Counted from the stretch's first letter, positions 35,762 to 46,068 are shown. The stretch is 64,000 nucleotides of DNA from Terracidiphilus sp. (GCA_035945795.1 DASYZU010000020.1:7199-71198), one strand, 5' to 3'. Notes: generated from the sequence alone by a model not told the origin. Numbers and translations: made by a program.

Positions 35762-35992
35762 TCAGCCCTGCTTGGGCTCGGCCGGTGTCGTGGGTGGCGG
35801 TGCCGGAGCAGCATTCTGCTGGACATTCTGCACCGGAGGAGGAGGATCGGAGATGCCCCGAATGCCTTCCTTGAAGCCCTTCAGTCCCTCGCCCAGTCCC
35901 TTGCCCAACTCAGGCAGCCGCTTGGCGCCGAATAAAAGAAACGCAACCACGGCCAGTACGATCAGATGCCATGGCTGAAGTAGATCGCCCAT
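35762..35992 (-). CDS. tatA: Twin-arginine translocase subunit TatA/E
   Basis: WHLIVLAVVAFLLFGAKRLPELGKGLGEGLKGFK. GGAGG RBS before ATG 35992. Confidence 0.93.
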   Translation of the reverse strand: MGDLLQPWHLIVLAVVAFLLFGAKRLPELGKGLGEGLKGFKEGIRGISDPPPPVQNVQQNAAPAPPPTTPAEPKQG

Positions 35993-36139
35993 TGCTCTAT
36001 CCTCCGCGTGCCACAATTCCCGGGCACACATATTCACTGGTTATTGTCGCACATAACCGCTTTCCCGCGCAGAACGGGCATCCCAATCAGGCTTTTGGGG
36101 GATGATTGCGATGGATAGAGATTATTTGGAAGACAAAGA

Positions 36140-36586
36140 TCAGTTCACCTGGGCAGGCTTGCCCAGCCGCTCGGTGACCATGGAGTAGAAGGTGCGCAGG
36201 TCTTCCTCCTCGCCCTCCGTCAGACGGCGGTACACCTTCATCAGCGGAAACAGCCTCGAGCCGCGCAATTCCACCGCCGGAACCGCCGCTACGCCACCGG
36301 GATACTGCGTCATCTCCCATGTGCCGGCATAGCGCCGCCGCAGCACTTCGCCCAGGTAACTGCCCCAAAGCCGTACTTCAAAGTCCACGTCGAGTTCCGG
36401 GCTCTCGCCCACCTGGACCAGGATCTCGTCCAGGCCATCAATCGATTCCGAAGTAAAATCCAGCTTCTGCCCAAACTGGCCGCGGGCCAGCTCCGCCGCC
36501 GCCTTTGCATAACCCTCCATCATGGCTCCCAGGTCAGGGAAGGCCGCCGACTCCAGGCGTTTGCGCAGACCGGTGGTGTTTCTCAT
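36140..36586 (-). CDS. Hypothetical protein (148 aa)
   Basis: LDFTSESIDGLDEIL...WGSYLGEVLRRRY.G.W...FPLMKVYRR. Resembles DUF3806-like proteins (inference). Confidence 0.75.
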   Translation of the reverse strand: MRNTTGLRKRLESAAFPDLGAMMEGYAKAAAELARGQFGQKLDFTSESIDGLDEILVQVGESPELDVDFEVRLWGSYLGEVLRRRYAGTWEMTQYPGGVAAVPAVELRGSRLFPLMKVYRRLTEGEEEDLRTFYSMVTERLGKPAQVN

Positions 36587-36693
36587 CTACCCCTAAGAGT
36601 AAATGCAACCGGGCTCGAACCCGGTCATCAAAATGGTACAGCGCCATGGGTTTGTGGCAGACTTAGAGCAGTCCGAGGCAGAAGGTTCCCGTT

Positions 36694-37191
36694 GTGAAGA
36701 GACTAAAGCTGATCGCGCTTGCCGTTTTGATGGCGCTCGCCGCAGGCACTGCAAACTCCGCCACCCGCGACATCTATCCCGATCCGGCACAGGCGAGGAC
36801 CGACCTGGCCGCCGCCCTCAAGACCGCCGCGGCAACCCACAAGCGCATTCTTCTCGACTTTGGCGGCAACTGGTGCGGCGACTGCCATGTTCTGGACATC
36901 TACTTCCACGATCCGGCCAACCGGACCATTCTTGACGCCAACTTCGTGCTGGTCCACATAAACATTGGAACGATGGATGCGAACCTCGCCCTCGCCAAAA
37001 AGTACCAGGTCCCGATCTACAAGGGCGTGCCCGCGCTGGCCGTTCTCGGTGACAATGGAACGCTCCTCTACAGCCAGAAGAGCGGTGAGTTCGAGGCCAT
37101 GGGCCGCATGCAGTCATCGGCGGTCACCAGCTTTCTGGTGCAGTGGAAACCAGTCAAACAAGGCTGCTCTGTCATGGTGGTCAACTGCTAG
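36694..37191 (+). CDS. Exported thioredoxin-family protein
   Basis: Signal peptide and ILLDFGGNWCGDC (CxxC). Confidence 0.9.
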   Translation: MKRLKLIALAVLMALAAGTANSATRDIYPDPAQARTDLAAALKTAAATHKRILLDFGGNWCGDCHVLDIYFHDPANRTILDANFVLVHINIGTMDANLALAKKYQVPIYKGVPALAVLGDNGTLLYSQKSGEFEAMGRMQSSAVTSFLVQWKPVKQGCSVMVVNC

Positions 37192-37207
37192 CCTGGACAA
37201 TCTTCTT

Positions 37208-37846
37208 ATGAAATTCGATCTCGAAGCACTCCCCGCGAACCACGCGTACAAGCTGCTTGTCGGCCTGGTAGCGCCGCGTCCGATTGCGCTCATCACCAGC
37301 ATGGATGAGCATGGCCGCCTGAATGCGGCTCCCTTCAGCGCGTACAACTACCTGTGCACCGACCCGCCTATCGTCGGCATTGGTGTCACCAATCGCTCCA
37401 ACCCTAGATTTGAGCCCAAGGACACGGCCCGCAACATCAGGCGCACCGGCGAGTTCGTGGTGAATATCGTCACCGAAGACATCGCCAGCCAAATGAACAT
37501 CTGCGCCACCGATTTCCCTGCGGAGTTGAGCGAGGTGGAGATGGCGGCCTTCACGACGGCACCGTCAGAGAAGATCAAAGTGCCGCGCATCGCCGAAGCC
37601 CACGCCGCTATGGAGTGCCGTGAGTTCACCACCATGGAGATTGGCCACTCGCGCATCATCCTCGGACGCGTTGTTGCCGTGTATGTGGAGGACCGCTTCG
37701 TCGAAGCTGACGGACCCTACGTCAAAGCCGAGGAGTTGCACGCCATCGGCCGCATGAATGGGCTGGGAAACTACGTGAAGACGAGGGACGCCTTCATCAC
37801 CATTCCCCGCATCTCCTACGAGGATTGGAAGAAGGGGCAGCGGTAG
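37208..37846 (+). CDS. Flavin reductase-like (DIM6/NTAB) FMN-binding protein
   Basis: VAPRPIALITS...NAAPFS...KDTARNIRRTGEFVVNIV...PRIAEA..AMEC. Confidence 0.92.
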   Translation: MKFDLEALPANHAYKLLVGLVAPRPIALITSMDEHGRLNAAPFSAYNYLCTDPPIVGIGVTNRSNPRFEPKDTARNIRRTGEFVVNIVTEDIASQMNICATDFPAELSEVEMAAFTTAPSEKIKVPRIAEAHAAMECREFTTMEIGHSRIILGRVVAVYVEDRFVEADGPYVKAEELHAIGRMNGLGNYVKTRDAFITIPRISYEDWKKGQR

Positions 37847-37850
37847 CGGC

Positions 37851-38480
37851 TTAGCTGATCGGCGCCAGGTGCTTGGTCTTCGAATAGGTGTAGGTAATCC
37901 GATGCACCACGGTGATCATCGATAGCGAAGCCAGCACCCACAACACCGGAGCCATAGCCCCCCAGCGGTTGAAGACGGCGCCGATAATGATGAGCACAAT
38001 GCGCTCCGGCCGCTCGAGGAAGCCAACTTTGCACTGCCCTATAAGAGCCTCGGCGCGGGCGCGCGTGTAGCTCACCATCAGCGAAGTAACCATAACAAAG
38101 GCCACCAGCACCACGTAGCGGAAACGGTTGATGCGTCCGTAGTAAACCAGCAGGCCGAAGAACAGCACCACGTCGGAGTAACGGTCAATCACCGAGTCAA
38201 AGAACGAGCCGAAGACGGTGACCTGATTGTTGCGCCGGGCCACCCGTCCGTCCACCATGTCGAAGATTCCGGCACCAAAGATCACCATGCCCGCAAACAG
38301 GAACATGCGGTCGCTGTTTGTAGCGTTGGCGTGGCCGAACAGAAACGCGGCCGCGATATTGATGACCAGGCCAATAAAAGTGAGCACGTTTGGAGAGATG
38401 CGGGTTAGCGCCAGTCCGTGAACGATGCGGTCAAGGAGCCAACCGCAGGCGTGGCCAAAGGCGCTGGTCCAGGTGGTCAT
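37851..38480 (-). CDS. CDP-alcohol phosphatidyltransferase
   Basis: Signature DMVDGRVAR...GSFFDSVIDRYSD; SYTRARAE, GFLERPER. Confidence 0.93.
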   Translation of the reverse strand: MTTWTSAFGHACGWLLDRIVHGLALTRISPNVLTFIGLVINIAAAFLFGHANATNSDRMFLFAGMVIFGAGIFDMVDGRVARRNNQVTVFGSFFDSVIDRYSDVVLFFGLLVYYGRINRFRYVVLVAFVMVTSLMVSYTRARAEALIGQCKVGFLERPERIVLIIIGAVFNRWGAMAPVLWVLASLSMITVVHRITYTYSKTKHLAPIS

Positions 38481-38498
38481 TTCTAGTCTTCCTTGCTA

Positions 38499-39020
38499 CT
38501 ACTTCGCGCCGGCGGCGGTTTCGTCTTCCTTGTCGCCCTCGCCGGCTTCGGCAGCTTCATCGTGAATGGTGGTCAGCTTCAGGATTTCAAGCTCGCGTTT
38601 GCCGTTCGGGGTGACGATGGTTGCCACATCTCCCACGCGCTTGCCCACCAGGCCGCGCCCAATCGGCGAGGTCGTTGAAATAAGCCCCTTGGATACGTCG
38701 GATTCCTCACTGGTCACCAGGCGGTACACAATCTCCTCGTCCTTGGTGGAGTCGTAGACCACCACCGTAGATCCGAAGCCCGTCTTGTCCCTGGGAATGT
38801 TCGACAGGTTCACCAGCGAGAGCTCGGCCATGCGTCTTTTGAGCTGTCCAAGCCGTGCATTCACAAAATCCTGGCGCTGTTTCGCCATGTGATACTCGGC
38901 GTTTTCCGACAGATCACCCATGGCCACGGCCTTCTTGATCTCCGCGGGAAGCTCGTGGGAGAGCTCACGCTCAAGAATCTTGATCTCCTCGAGAAGCTGT
39001 TTCTTAATGTGCTCGGGCAT
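38499..39020 (-). CDS. greA: Transcription elongation factor GreA/GreB
   Basis: AMGDLSENAEYHMAK (acidic D/E finger), ISTTSPIGRGLVGK.VGD. Confidence 0.93.
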   Translation of the reverse strand: MPEHIKKQLLEEIKILERELSHELPAEIKKAVAMGDLSENAEYHMAKQRQDFVNARLGQLKRRMAELSLVNLSNIPRDKTGFGSTVVVYDSTKDEEIVYRLVTSEESDVSKGLISTTSPIGRGLVGKRVGDVATIVTPNGKRELEILKLTTIHDEAAEAGEGDKEDETAAGAK

Positions 39021-39174
39021 CCATGGTCCGTGGCGGGAAGCGGGGCTGCTCCGTCCGCATGAGATGAAAGATCCTTATTTCTCACTTTTATTATACGCGG
39101 GGGCGGGGAGCCAGCTCCGGCCAAGGAAGGGCAGCCACCCTACCCCGACTTTTTCAATTCCAGCCACAAGCCTC

Positions 39175-39220
39175 GGGTATCCCATCCTGGCCGCGTTTCC
39201 TGTGGCCAGGTGGGAAACAC
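39175..39220 (-). repeat. REP-like palindromic element (copy 1)
   Basis: Minus strand GTGTTTCCCACCTGGCC-acaggaaacgc-GGCCAGGATGGGATACCC. Shares its flanks with the copies at 49017 and 51620. Confidence 0.7.
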
Positions 39221-39284
39221 GAAGCTAAGCCTGTCGGGAGTTCCCGTTCCCTTGCCCCCTTGATTCCTGCCTGTATCCACATAG

Positions 39285-39300
39285 CGTGATTTAGATCACA
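39285..39300. promoter_or_regulatory. CRP/FNR-family binding site candidate
   Basis: CGTGA-TTTAGA-TCACA, a 9/10 match to TGTGA-N6-TCACA; it also reads GTGAT-N4-ATCAC. 140 nt upstream of ATG 39440. Confidence 0.55.
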
Positions 39301-39439
39301 GCGTTTGAGTCAACAAAGCGCCACACTATCGCAATAATCCACCGAAAGAATGTGGCTCATCCGGATCTGTGCCGGCGATAGATGTGCTGACGTTCTCCCA
39401 TCCGGTCTATTGAGATCAATCCCTTGAGGGAGAATCGCC

Positions 39440-39790
39440 ATGCCTATCCATCTGCTCGACGCAGCCTTGATCGGCCCCGGTTCCCGGTACGTCCAGGAAA
39501 TACAACAGGATCTTCTTGCCGTCTGTGTCGAGGATCTGGCAAATCTGCGCTTCTCGATTATTCTCACCTCAAGATGGGAAGCATCGGCAAGCGAGGATCT
39601 TGAGCGCCGTAGTGGCCTGCGCTACGAACTCGCGGACCTTCGCCGTAAATACTCTCTAAAGATCGACTATATTGCGATGTCCTTTGGCGTCCAGAGCGCA
39701 ATGGCCGCGAAAGAGGAAGTTGAACGCAATGTCTCCGTCCCACTGGGCATGGATCACCTGCTTGCGCCGTGTGAAGACGACTGCGAATAG
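39440..39790 (+). CDS. Hypothetical protein (116 aa)
   Basis: GAGGGAG RBS and plausible codon usage. No family recognised. Confidence 0.75.
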   Translation: MPIHLLDAALIGPGSRYVQEIQQDLLAVCVEDLANLRFSIILTSRWEASASEDLERRSGLRYELADLRRKYSLKIDYIAMSFGVQSAMAAKEEVERNVSVPLGMDHLLAPCEDDCE

Positions 39791-39848
39791 TTCCAAATCC
39801 CGGCCGCCTGCCCGCTTTCAGCTGCGCCGGAGAACCTTCGGTTCGAGC

Positions 39849-42800
39849 CTAAAATTCGAATCGCCCGACGAATTGAATCTGGCGTTCGCGGTAAATTGTG
39901 TTGCCCGCCGCGCTGGGTGTGCCAAAGCTCGCCTGGTAGGTGGCCGTGGTTCCACTCAGGGTGTACGCGGTCGTGTTGAAGGCCGTAAAGTTCTGATGGT
40001 TCAACAGGTTGAAGGATTCTGCTGCCAGCATCAGATTGTACTTCTCGCGAATGCTGAAGGTTCGGGACAGCCGGGAATCCACGTCGAGGATAGCTGTCTG
40101 TCGCGCGCTGTTCCGGTAGGGGAAAACGTTCGTGGCAAATACGTCTGCACTTGCGTACTGGGGATAGGCCTTGAAATCGACAAATTGGCCCGAGCCAGCG
40201 CCGATGCCGCCCGATCCGTTGAAGGTCGTCGTGCCGCCGGGAATCGACGTGCCACCCGCAAGCGCAAAGCTGTAGGGAATGCCGGATTGCAGTGTCCATA
40301 CCGGAGACAGGGACCAACCGTTGGCCGTTTCTGAAGCGAGACGATTGGAAATGTTGAATTTGGGTGCAAGGACCAGACTACCCACCACGCGCTGGGGCAT
40401 GTCGTTTGCCGATCGGCCATAATCAGGCGATGTTGTAAATGGATCGGTTTGATCGTTGGTGTCGGAAAGCGCCGATTGGTTCATTCCGTTGTCCAGAGCC
40501 TTTGAGTAGGTGTAGCTTGCCTGAATCGCCACGCCCTGGCTCAGTCGGTGATCTAACGTAACTGAAAGCGCGTTGTAGTTGCTGTTGATCGTGCTGCTGA
40601 TGAGCGTGAGCGCGTTATAAGCGGGATTGACGCGCGCCGTGTACACAGGCACGGTCCATTTGTCTCCCGCCAGTGGACCATTGACGAAGGAATACGTCTT
40701 GGTAGTCGTGGCCGGGGCTATGTTGGCATCGACAAACGTGGGAAGCTGTCTGCCGAACGAGCCCAGATAAGCGATTCCCAGCACCGTGTTCCAACCCAGC
40801 GACTGCTGCACGCTGAAGTCGGCCTCGTATGCAAAGGGGTTCTTGAAGCCGCTCGCAAAAGCGGTGATGTTCGAGACCGCCGGCGGGTTGGCTGTGGAAA
40901 CAATGTTTGGATAGATCGGGCTGGTTGCGGAAGGGGAAGAGTTAAGTTGGAACTGCGCGGACGGCGAGCCGGTGGCGGAAAGCGCCTTGTAGATCGTGCC
41001 GTTCTGAATGCGGCCGAAATACATGCCGAATCCACCGTGAAACAGCGTCTTCCCATTCTTATAGGCATCCCACGCAAAACCGACTCGCGGGGCAAAGTTG
41101 ATCCTGTCGCTGGGCAGTTGCGAAGTCTGCGGCACCGCGCTGTTGGGGATTTTTGCTGAAGGCGTCTGCTCATAGTCGTAGCGAACACCCAGGTTCAATG
41201 TAAAGCTGGGGCGCATCTTCCAGTCGTCTTGAGCATAGCCCGCAATATCGTTGGTGTGGTAGACGAAGGTGGGATGCCCAAAGGCCTGCTGCAGGTTGCT
41301 GTAACAGGGCAGCGTACCGGTACCCGTGTCGCGCGCCGAGTCGCAGCCTGCCATGCTGCCCAGCGTGCGTGCAAAGTCGGTGAACCAGTCGGCCAACAGG
41401 GTGTAGGTAAAGAGGCCGTGTTCATAGTCCACATCGGTGATGTTGTCCTGCGCCCAACGGAATTCGCCGCCAATATTGAAGGTCTGGCTGCCGCGGGTGA
41501 TGGCGACGTTGTCAACGATGTCCGCCTCCTCCTCTTTCGGATAGCTGGCGCGCGGAACGTAGTAAGGAGATCCCATGTTGAAGCCGGAGTTGGTGGTGAT
41601 GGTTACGCCGGGCGGCAAGCCTCCAGCCGTTGTTGTTGGCTCGTTGGACAGGGGTGCGTCGCCGGTTTCATACCCGAAGTCCTTGGCATACTCGACGCGC
41701 AGTTCGTTGGAGATGCGCGGGGTAAGGAAGGTATCGATCTTGCCGATGATCGAGTCGATCTTCATGTAGTCGTTGCCCAACGAAGTGATTCCGCGGCGAA
41801 CCACTGGATTGGTCTGGGTGCCGTTGGGCGAGTTCCAGCGCATTCGGTTGTACATCATCGATGCGGTATTGCGGTTGCTGATCTTGTAGTCGATCTTGCC
41901 GAAGTTGATTAGTTGGTTGCCTTGCCGGGAAGCGATGCCGCTCTGATTGGTAAAGTACGACATCGCCGAGGCGATTTGCGGAGCGGTCACGCCACGGTCC
42001 TCAGCGCATGTCACGGCGTCGGTGGTGGTCGTCGTTCCCTGAATTTTGCAGTTGTTGTACGCGGCATTGGTGTCTTGGAGAAACTGCGGCGTCGGCACGG
42101 CCAGGATGGGGAAGTTTCGCAGTTGCTGATCGATCGCGTAAAAGAAGAATAGCCTGTCCTTGATGGCCGGACCGCTGAAGCTGCCGCCAAACTGGTGGCG
42201 CTTGTCTTTCGGCTTCACATATACGATCTTCGGAATGGTTTGCAGGATGTTGAAGGGATTGGTCGCGCCAAAGTCGTTGTCGCGCCAGTACTCGAAGAGG
42301 TCGCCGTGAAATTGGTTGGAGCCGGAGCGGGTAATGGCATTGACGCCTCCGCCAACCGCACGGCCGTATTGCGCGGAGACGTTCGAGGTAAGCACCTGAA
42401 ACTCGAGAATCGAATCCTCGGTGGTGGAATAGCCCACGCGCGTGTAACCGCGCTCAACCGAGTCGAAGGAATCGTTGTCATCCGAACCGTCGACCATGAA
42501 GTTGTTCTGCAGGTTCGTGGCGCCGCGAAAGGTGACCAGCCCAAAAGCGCTGTTGCCCAGCGTCACGCCAGGCGACAACAATGCGAACGATGTCCAGTGG
42601 CGGCCGTTGATGGGCAGCGTTTTAAGGGTTGTGGGCGTGAACTCGCTCGTGAAATCGGAGTTTTCCGAGTTGATCACCGGTGCCTCGGCGCTTACCTCAA
42701 CGGTAGTCGATGTTCCGCCGGCGTTCAGCCTGGGCACAACTTCGGTGCTCTTGCCGACTTCAACGATCACGTGGTTTGCCGTGTAATCCGCAAAGCCCGC

Positions 42801-43088
42801 GCCCCTCACCTGCACGGTGTAGTCGCCCGGCACCAAGCGCGAGACGTGAAAGTAACCGCTGGCATCGCTGGTTACGCTGGCGTCTGCATTGGTGGCAGTG
42901 CTGTGCACGAGAACGGTGGCGTTTGGAATTGCCGCGCCGCTGCTGTCCTCAACTGTTCCGGTGATCGCGCCATCCACCGCGGTCTGCGCTCTCAATATTG
43001 CAGTTGGGGTTAGGAACGACAAGACAGAAAATCCTATCGCAAAGGCTCGAATGGATATGCTGATCCTCAAGGCAGTATTTCTCTGCAT
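39849..43088 (-). CDS. TonB-dependent receptor, Oar type (stand-alone)
   Basis: GTVEDSSGAAIPNATV, LPINGRHW, NAITRSGSNQFHG, NFAPRVGFAW, C-terminal RQIQFVGRFEF. GGAGG RBS. Confidence 0.95.
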   Translation of the reverse strand: MQRNTALRISISIRAFAIGFSVLSFLTPTAILRAQTAVDGAITGTVEDSSGAAIPNATVLVHSTATNADASVTSDASGYFHVSRLVPGDYTVQVRGAGFADYTANHVIVEVGKSTEVVPRLNAGGTSTTVEVSAEAPVINSENSDFTSEFTPTTLKTLPINGRHWTSFALLSPGVTLGNSAFGLVTFRGATNLQNNFMVDGSDDNDSFDSVERGYTRVGYSTTEDSILEFQVLTSNVSAQYGRAVGGGVNAITRSGSNQFHGDLFEYWRDNDFGATNPFNILQTIPKIVYVKPKDKRHQFGGSFSGPAIKDRLFFFYAIDQQLRNFPILAVPTPQFLQDTNAAYNNCKIQGTTTTTDAVTCAEDRGVTAPQIASAMSYFTNQSGIASRQGNQLINFGKIDYKISNRNTASMMYNRMRWNSPNGTQTNPVVRRGITSLGNDYMKIDSIIGKIDTFLTPRISNELRVEYAKDFGYETGDAPLSNEPTTTAGGLPPGVTITTNSGFNMGSPYYVPRASYPKEEEADIVDNVAITRGSQTFNIGGEFRWAQDNITDVDYEHGLFTYTLLADWFTDFARTLGSMAGCDSARDTGTGTLPCYSNLQQAFGHPTFVYHTNDIAGYAQDDWKMRPSFTLNLGVRYDYEQTPSAKIPNSAVPQTSQLPSDRINFAPRVGFAWDAYKNGKTLFHGGFGMYFGRIQNGTIYKALSATGSPSAQFQLNSSPSATSPIYPNIVSTANPPAVSNITAFASGFKNPFAYEADFSVQQSLGWNTVLGIAYLGSFGRQLPTFVDANIAPATTTKTYSFVNGPLAGDKWTVPVYTARVNPAYNALTLISSTINSNYNALSVTLDHRLSQGVAIQASYTYSKALDNGMNQSALSDTNDQTDPFTTSPDYGRSANDMPQRVVGSLVLAPKFNISNRLASETANGWSLSPVWTLQSGIPYSFALAGGTSIPGGTTTFNGSGGIGAGSGQFVDFKAYPQYASADVFATNVFPYRNSARQTAILDVDSRLSRTFSIREKYNLMLAAESFNLLNHQNFTAFNTTAYTLSGTTATYQASFGTPSAAGNTIYRERQIQFVGRFEF

Positions 43089-43353
43089 GTGTTTAACCTC
43101 CGAGGTTGTCCTGAACTGAAGCTTAGGCCGGTCCGGTTAATATCCGGGATATGCACACGTGTGCCTACGCTTGGGCACACCGTGGGGAATTTTGCCTCTA
43201 CGACCTCATAGAAGGCTTATCAAAGATGGCATAGACCTCATTTGCAGGCAAGGAAAAAAGCCGTAAAAACTCGCCACAATTCGCGCTTGGTGGTCGAAGC
43301 AGCTCGCCCGGTGAGGATTCGGTGCGGCGCGCATTTCCTGTTTCCCCCCGGCT

Positions 43354-43821
43354 TTACCCTTTGCTCTCTGGCTTCCCTGCCTTGGCTTCGTCCAGAAACG
43401 ACTGCAAAATCAGCGTGGCCGCCACCTGGTCTACAACCCGGCGGTGCTCCTGACGGGCATGGCCGGCTTCATACAGAATTTCGTGGGCTTCGTGACTGGT
43501 GAGCCGCTCATCCCACATATGGATGGGCAAGCCGGTCAACTCGCCCAATTCGGCGGCGAAGGCCTGGGTTCTGGCGGCTTGCGGGCTCACTTCGCCGGAC
43601 AGGTGCAGGGGATTCCCCACCACGATGCCTGCCACTGCATACCGCCGCGCCAGCCGCGCCAGCGAGCGCAGGTCGTCCCTGGAAGTGCTGCGGCTGCTGC
43701 GCTTCCGCTCCAGCGTGAGTACCGGCTGTGCTGCCAGGCCTAGCTCGTCGGAGACGGCCACCCCGATGCGGCGATTGCCCACGTCGAGCCCGAGAAAGCG
43801 GGGATGAGGGTCGGATTCCAG
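43354..43821 (-). CDS. ruvX: Holliday junction resolvase-like / pre-16S rRNA nuclease RuvX (YqgF)
   Basis: FLGLDVGNRRIGVAVSD, IVVGNP, WDERLTS, VDQVAATLILQSFLD. Start uncertain: CTG 43821 with AGGAG RBS, or GTG 43887. Confidence 0.92.
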   Translation of the reverse strand: MESDPHPRFLGLDVGNRRIGVAVSDELGLAAQPVLTLERKRSSRSTSRDDLRSLARLARRYAVAGIVVGNPLHLSGEVSPQAARTQAFAAELGELTGLPIHMWDERLTSHEAHEILYEAGHARQEHRRVVDQVAATLILQSFLDEAKAGKPESKG

Positions 43822-43982
43822 ATTCTTGCTCCTGTTCTTGCTTCTGGCTTCCAGCTTAAAGCTTCCAGGAGAGCCCGCGGAGTACACAATGCCGCCGACT
43901 CCCGCCCAGTACAATCGAAAGATAGAGAGTCCTCTCGGGGATTCTTCGCGTCTTAAGTTTATGAAGGGTCAACAGAAACAGG

Positions 43983-45020
43983 ATGGCGCGCCGTAAATGG
44001 AAGAGCAGAACAAAGAAGAGATCCGGCGCGGCGACAGTCCTGCTGGAGATTTTTCTGCTCGCGCTTCTTGCGGCCGGGGTGGCCTGGCTGGTCTTGACCC
44101 CCTACGGGCCGGAAACCGAGACCTTTGTTGAACTGGCACCAGGCTCCTCCACAGCACTGATCGGCCGTCAATTGGAAGCCGCCGGAGTTGTGCGCAGCCA
44201 GTTTGTCTTTGATCTGCTGCGGTTTTTGAAGCGGGGCAAACTCAGGGCCGGCGAGTACCGCTTCGACCATGAGGCGCCGGTAACCGAAGTTTATGCGCGG
44301 ATCGCGCGCGGGGATGTCTTTACACGGACCCTGATTGTCCCCGAGGGCGCAAACATTTTCGACATTGCCGCACGCGTGGAGCAGGGCGGGTTTGGCGCAC
44401 GCCAGGAATTTCTGAACGCCGCGGTGGAACAGGCCGGACTAGTGGCTGACCTTGACCCCGGGGCAAAGAGTTTGGAGGGCTACCTGTTTCCGGATACTTA
44501 TCGTTTTGAACGCAAGACAAGTCCGGCGCAGATTGCAGCCGCAATGGTCAGGCAATTTCGCGTGGTGGCCAGCCAGGTGGGATTAAAAGAGAATGTGCAC
44601 CAAGTGGTGACCATAGCTTCGCTGGTGGAACGGGAGACGGCTGTGGATGGTGAGCGGCCACTGGTTGCCAGCGTCTTTGAGAACAGGCTCAGAAAGAAAA
44701 TGCCGCTGATGACCGACCCAGCCGTGATCTACGGACTGGAGCTCGAAGGCCGCTGGCGGGGCGCGCTCCACGAGAGCGATCTTACCCACAATACGGCTTA
44801 CAACACGTATCTGCACAATGGGCTGCCACCGGGGCCGGTGGCTAACCCGGGGGTTCGTTCGCTGCGCGCTGCAATGCGGCCGGCCGAGACGGATTACCTC
44901 TATTTTGTTGCCGCTGGAGCCGACCCGGAGGGAAGGTCGTTGTTCGCCAGCACCCTGGACGAGCACAACCGGGAAGTCGCAAGCTACAGGCACGCGCTGA
45001 AGAAGGCAGGGGAGCGATGA
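43983..45020 (+). CDS. mltG: Endolytic transglycosylase MltG
   Basis: Single TM, LRAGEY, LIVPEG, LEGYLFPDTY, IASLVERE (catalytic Glu), YNTYLHNGLPPGPVANPG, YLYFVA. Confidence 0.95.
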   Translation: MARRKWKSRTKKRSGAATVLLEIFLLALLAAGVAWLVLTPYGPETETFVELAPGSSTALIGRQLEAAGVVRSQFVFDLLRFLKRGKLRAGEYRFDHEAPVTEVYARIARGDVFTRTLIVPEGANIFDIAARVEQGGFGARQEFLNAAVEQAGLVADLDPGAKSLEGYLFPDTYRFERKTSPAQIAAAMVRQFRVVASQVGLKENVHQVVTIASLVERETAVDGERPLVASVFENRLRKKMPLMTDPAVIYGLELEGRWRGALHESDLTHNTAYNTYLHNGLPPGPVANPGVRSLRAAMRPAETDYLYFVAAGADPEGRSLFASTLDEHNREVASYRHALKKAGER

Positions 45021-45910
45021 GCATATTAAGACGCTGCGCTTCCTTTGCCTTGATGGGGCTTCCGCTGCTGCTTTCCGGCTGCTGGGTAATTTCTACGAAC
45101 CGCAGGCTGCCTGTGCCCAAGGCGCCTGCAATCGTGCAGTCGGTCACTCCCGATGAGCTTGTAACACAGATGAATGAGCGCTGGACCTCTCTCGACACCA
45201 TGACTGCGAAGGTTGAGATTCAGGCCAGCGTTCTAAAAACAAAACAGGGCGTAGCCACAGACTACACCACCGTCGGCGGGAACATTCTGTTTCGCAAGCC
45301 GGAGATGCTTCGGGTGTTGGGCCGGGCCCCGGTTATCGGATTACCGATCTTCGACATGGCAAGCGATGGCAACACCTTCACTCTGTACATTCCGTCAAGG
45401 AAGGTTGCTTACAAGGGCTCCGCCAAGTTGAAGAAGAAATCGGTCAACCAACTGGAGAATTTGCGACCGGGGTTCTTTCTCGACGCACTGGTGGTGCGGG
45501 GGCTCGAGCCGGACGATTTTTATTCGGTGACCTCGGATTCTGAAACGATAGAAGACGCGGCCAAAAAACATCTCTATTTCGTGCCGGAGTATATCCTGAG
45601 CATTACGCGGCATACCCCTGGCAGCCACCACGATACCCCGGTGCGCGTAGTGACATTCCATCGCGAGGACCTGCTTCCTTACGAACAGGATATGTACGAC
45701 GCCAACGGCAGCCTTGAGACCCAGGTCTTCTATACGAACTACCAGGATTTCGGTTCCGGTCTCTACCCTTCGACGGTCGTAATCAAGCGCCCGATTGAGG
45801 ACTCGCAGATTGTTCTGACGGTGGAGAAGGTCACGAAGAATGTCACCCTGCCAGCCGACCAGTTTGTAGTGACTATTCCCGATGGGACCGAAATCAGGAA
45901 CCTGCATTAA
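45017..45910 (+). CDS. Lipoprotein, LolA/LolB-like or DUF4292-like fold
   Basis: Lipobox LLSGC and 4-nt overlap with mltG. Beta-rich. The fold call is inference. Confidence 0.75.
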   Translation: MSILRRCASFALMGLPLLLSGCWVISTNRRLPVPKAPAIVQSVTPDELVTQMNERWTSLDTMTAKVEIQASVLKTKQGVATDYTTVGGNILFRKPEMLRVLGRAPVIGLPIFDMASDGNTFTLYIPSRKVAYKGSAKLKKKSVNQLENLRPGFFLDALVVRGLEPDDFYSVTSDSETIEDAAKKHLYFVPEYILSITRHTPGSHHDTPVRVVTFHREDLLPYEQDMYDANGSLETQVFYTNYQDFGSGLYPSTVVIKRPIEDSQIVLTVEKVTKNVTLPADQFVVTIPDGTEIRNLH

Positions 45911-46043
45911 TTCCTCTGTACAGCGCCTGGACGGCCGCATGTATTTCTTCTTGAACCTATCGATTTCACCTGATTGAGGTGAATTCCTACGGATGTGTTG
46001 GCGCTGTACCTGGAGAAAACCAAAATGTCTTGAGTGAATAAAG

Positions 46044-46068
46044 ATGGGGCGCCCTTCGGGCGCCCCAT
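46044..46068. terminator. Bidirectional terminator
   Basis: ATGGGGCGCCC-ttc-GGGCGCCCCAT, a perfect 11-bp stem between convergent units. Confidence 0.8.
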
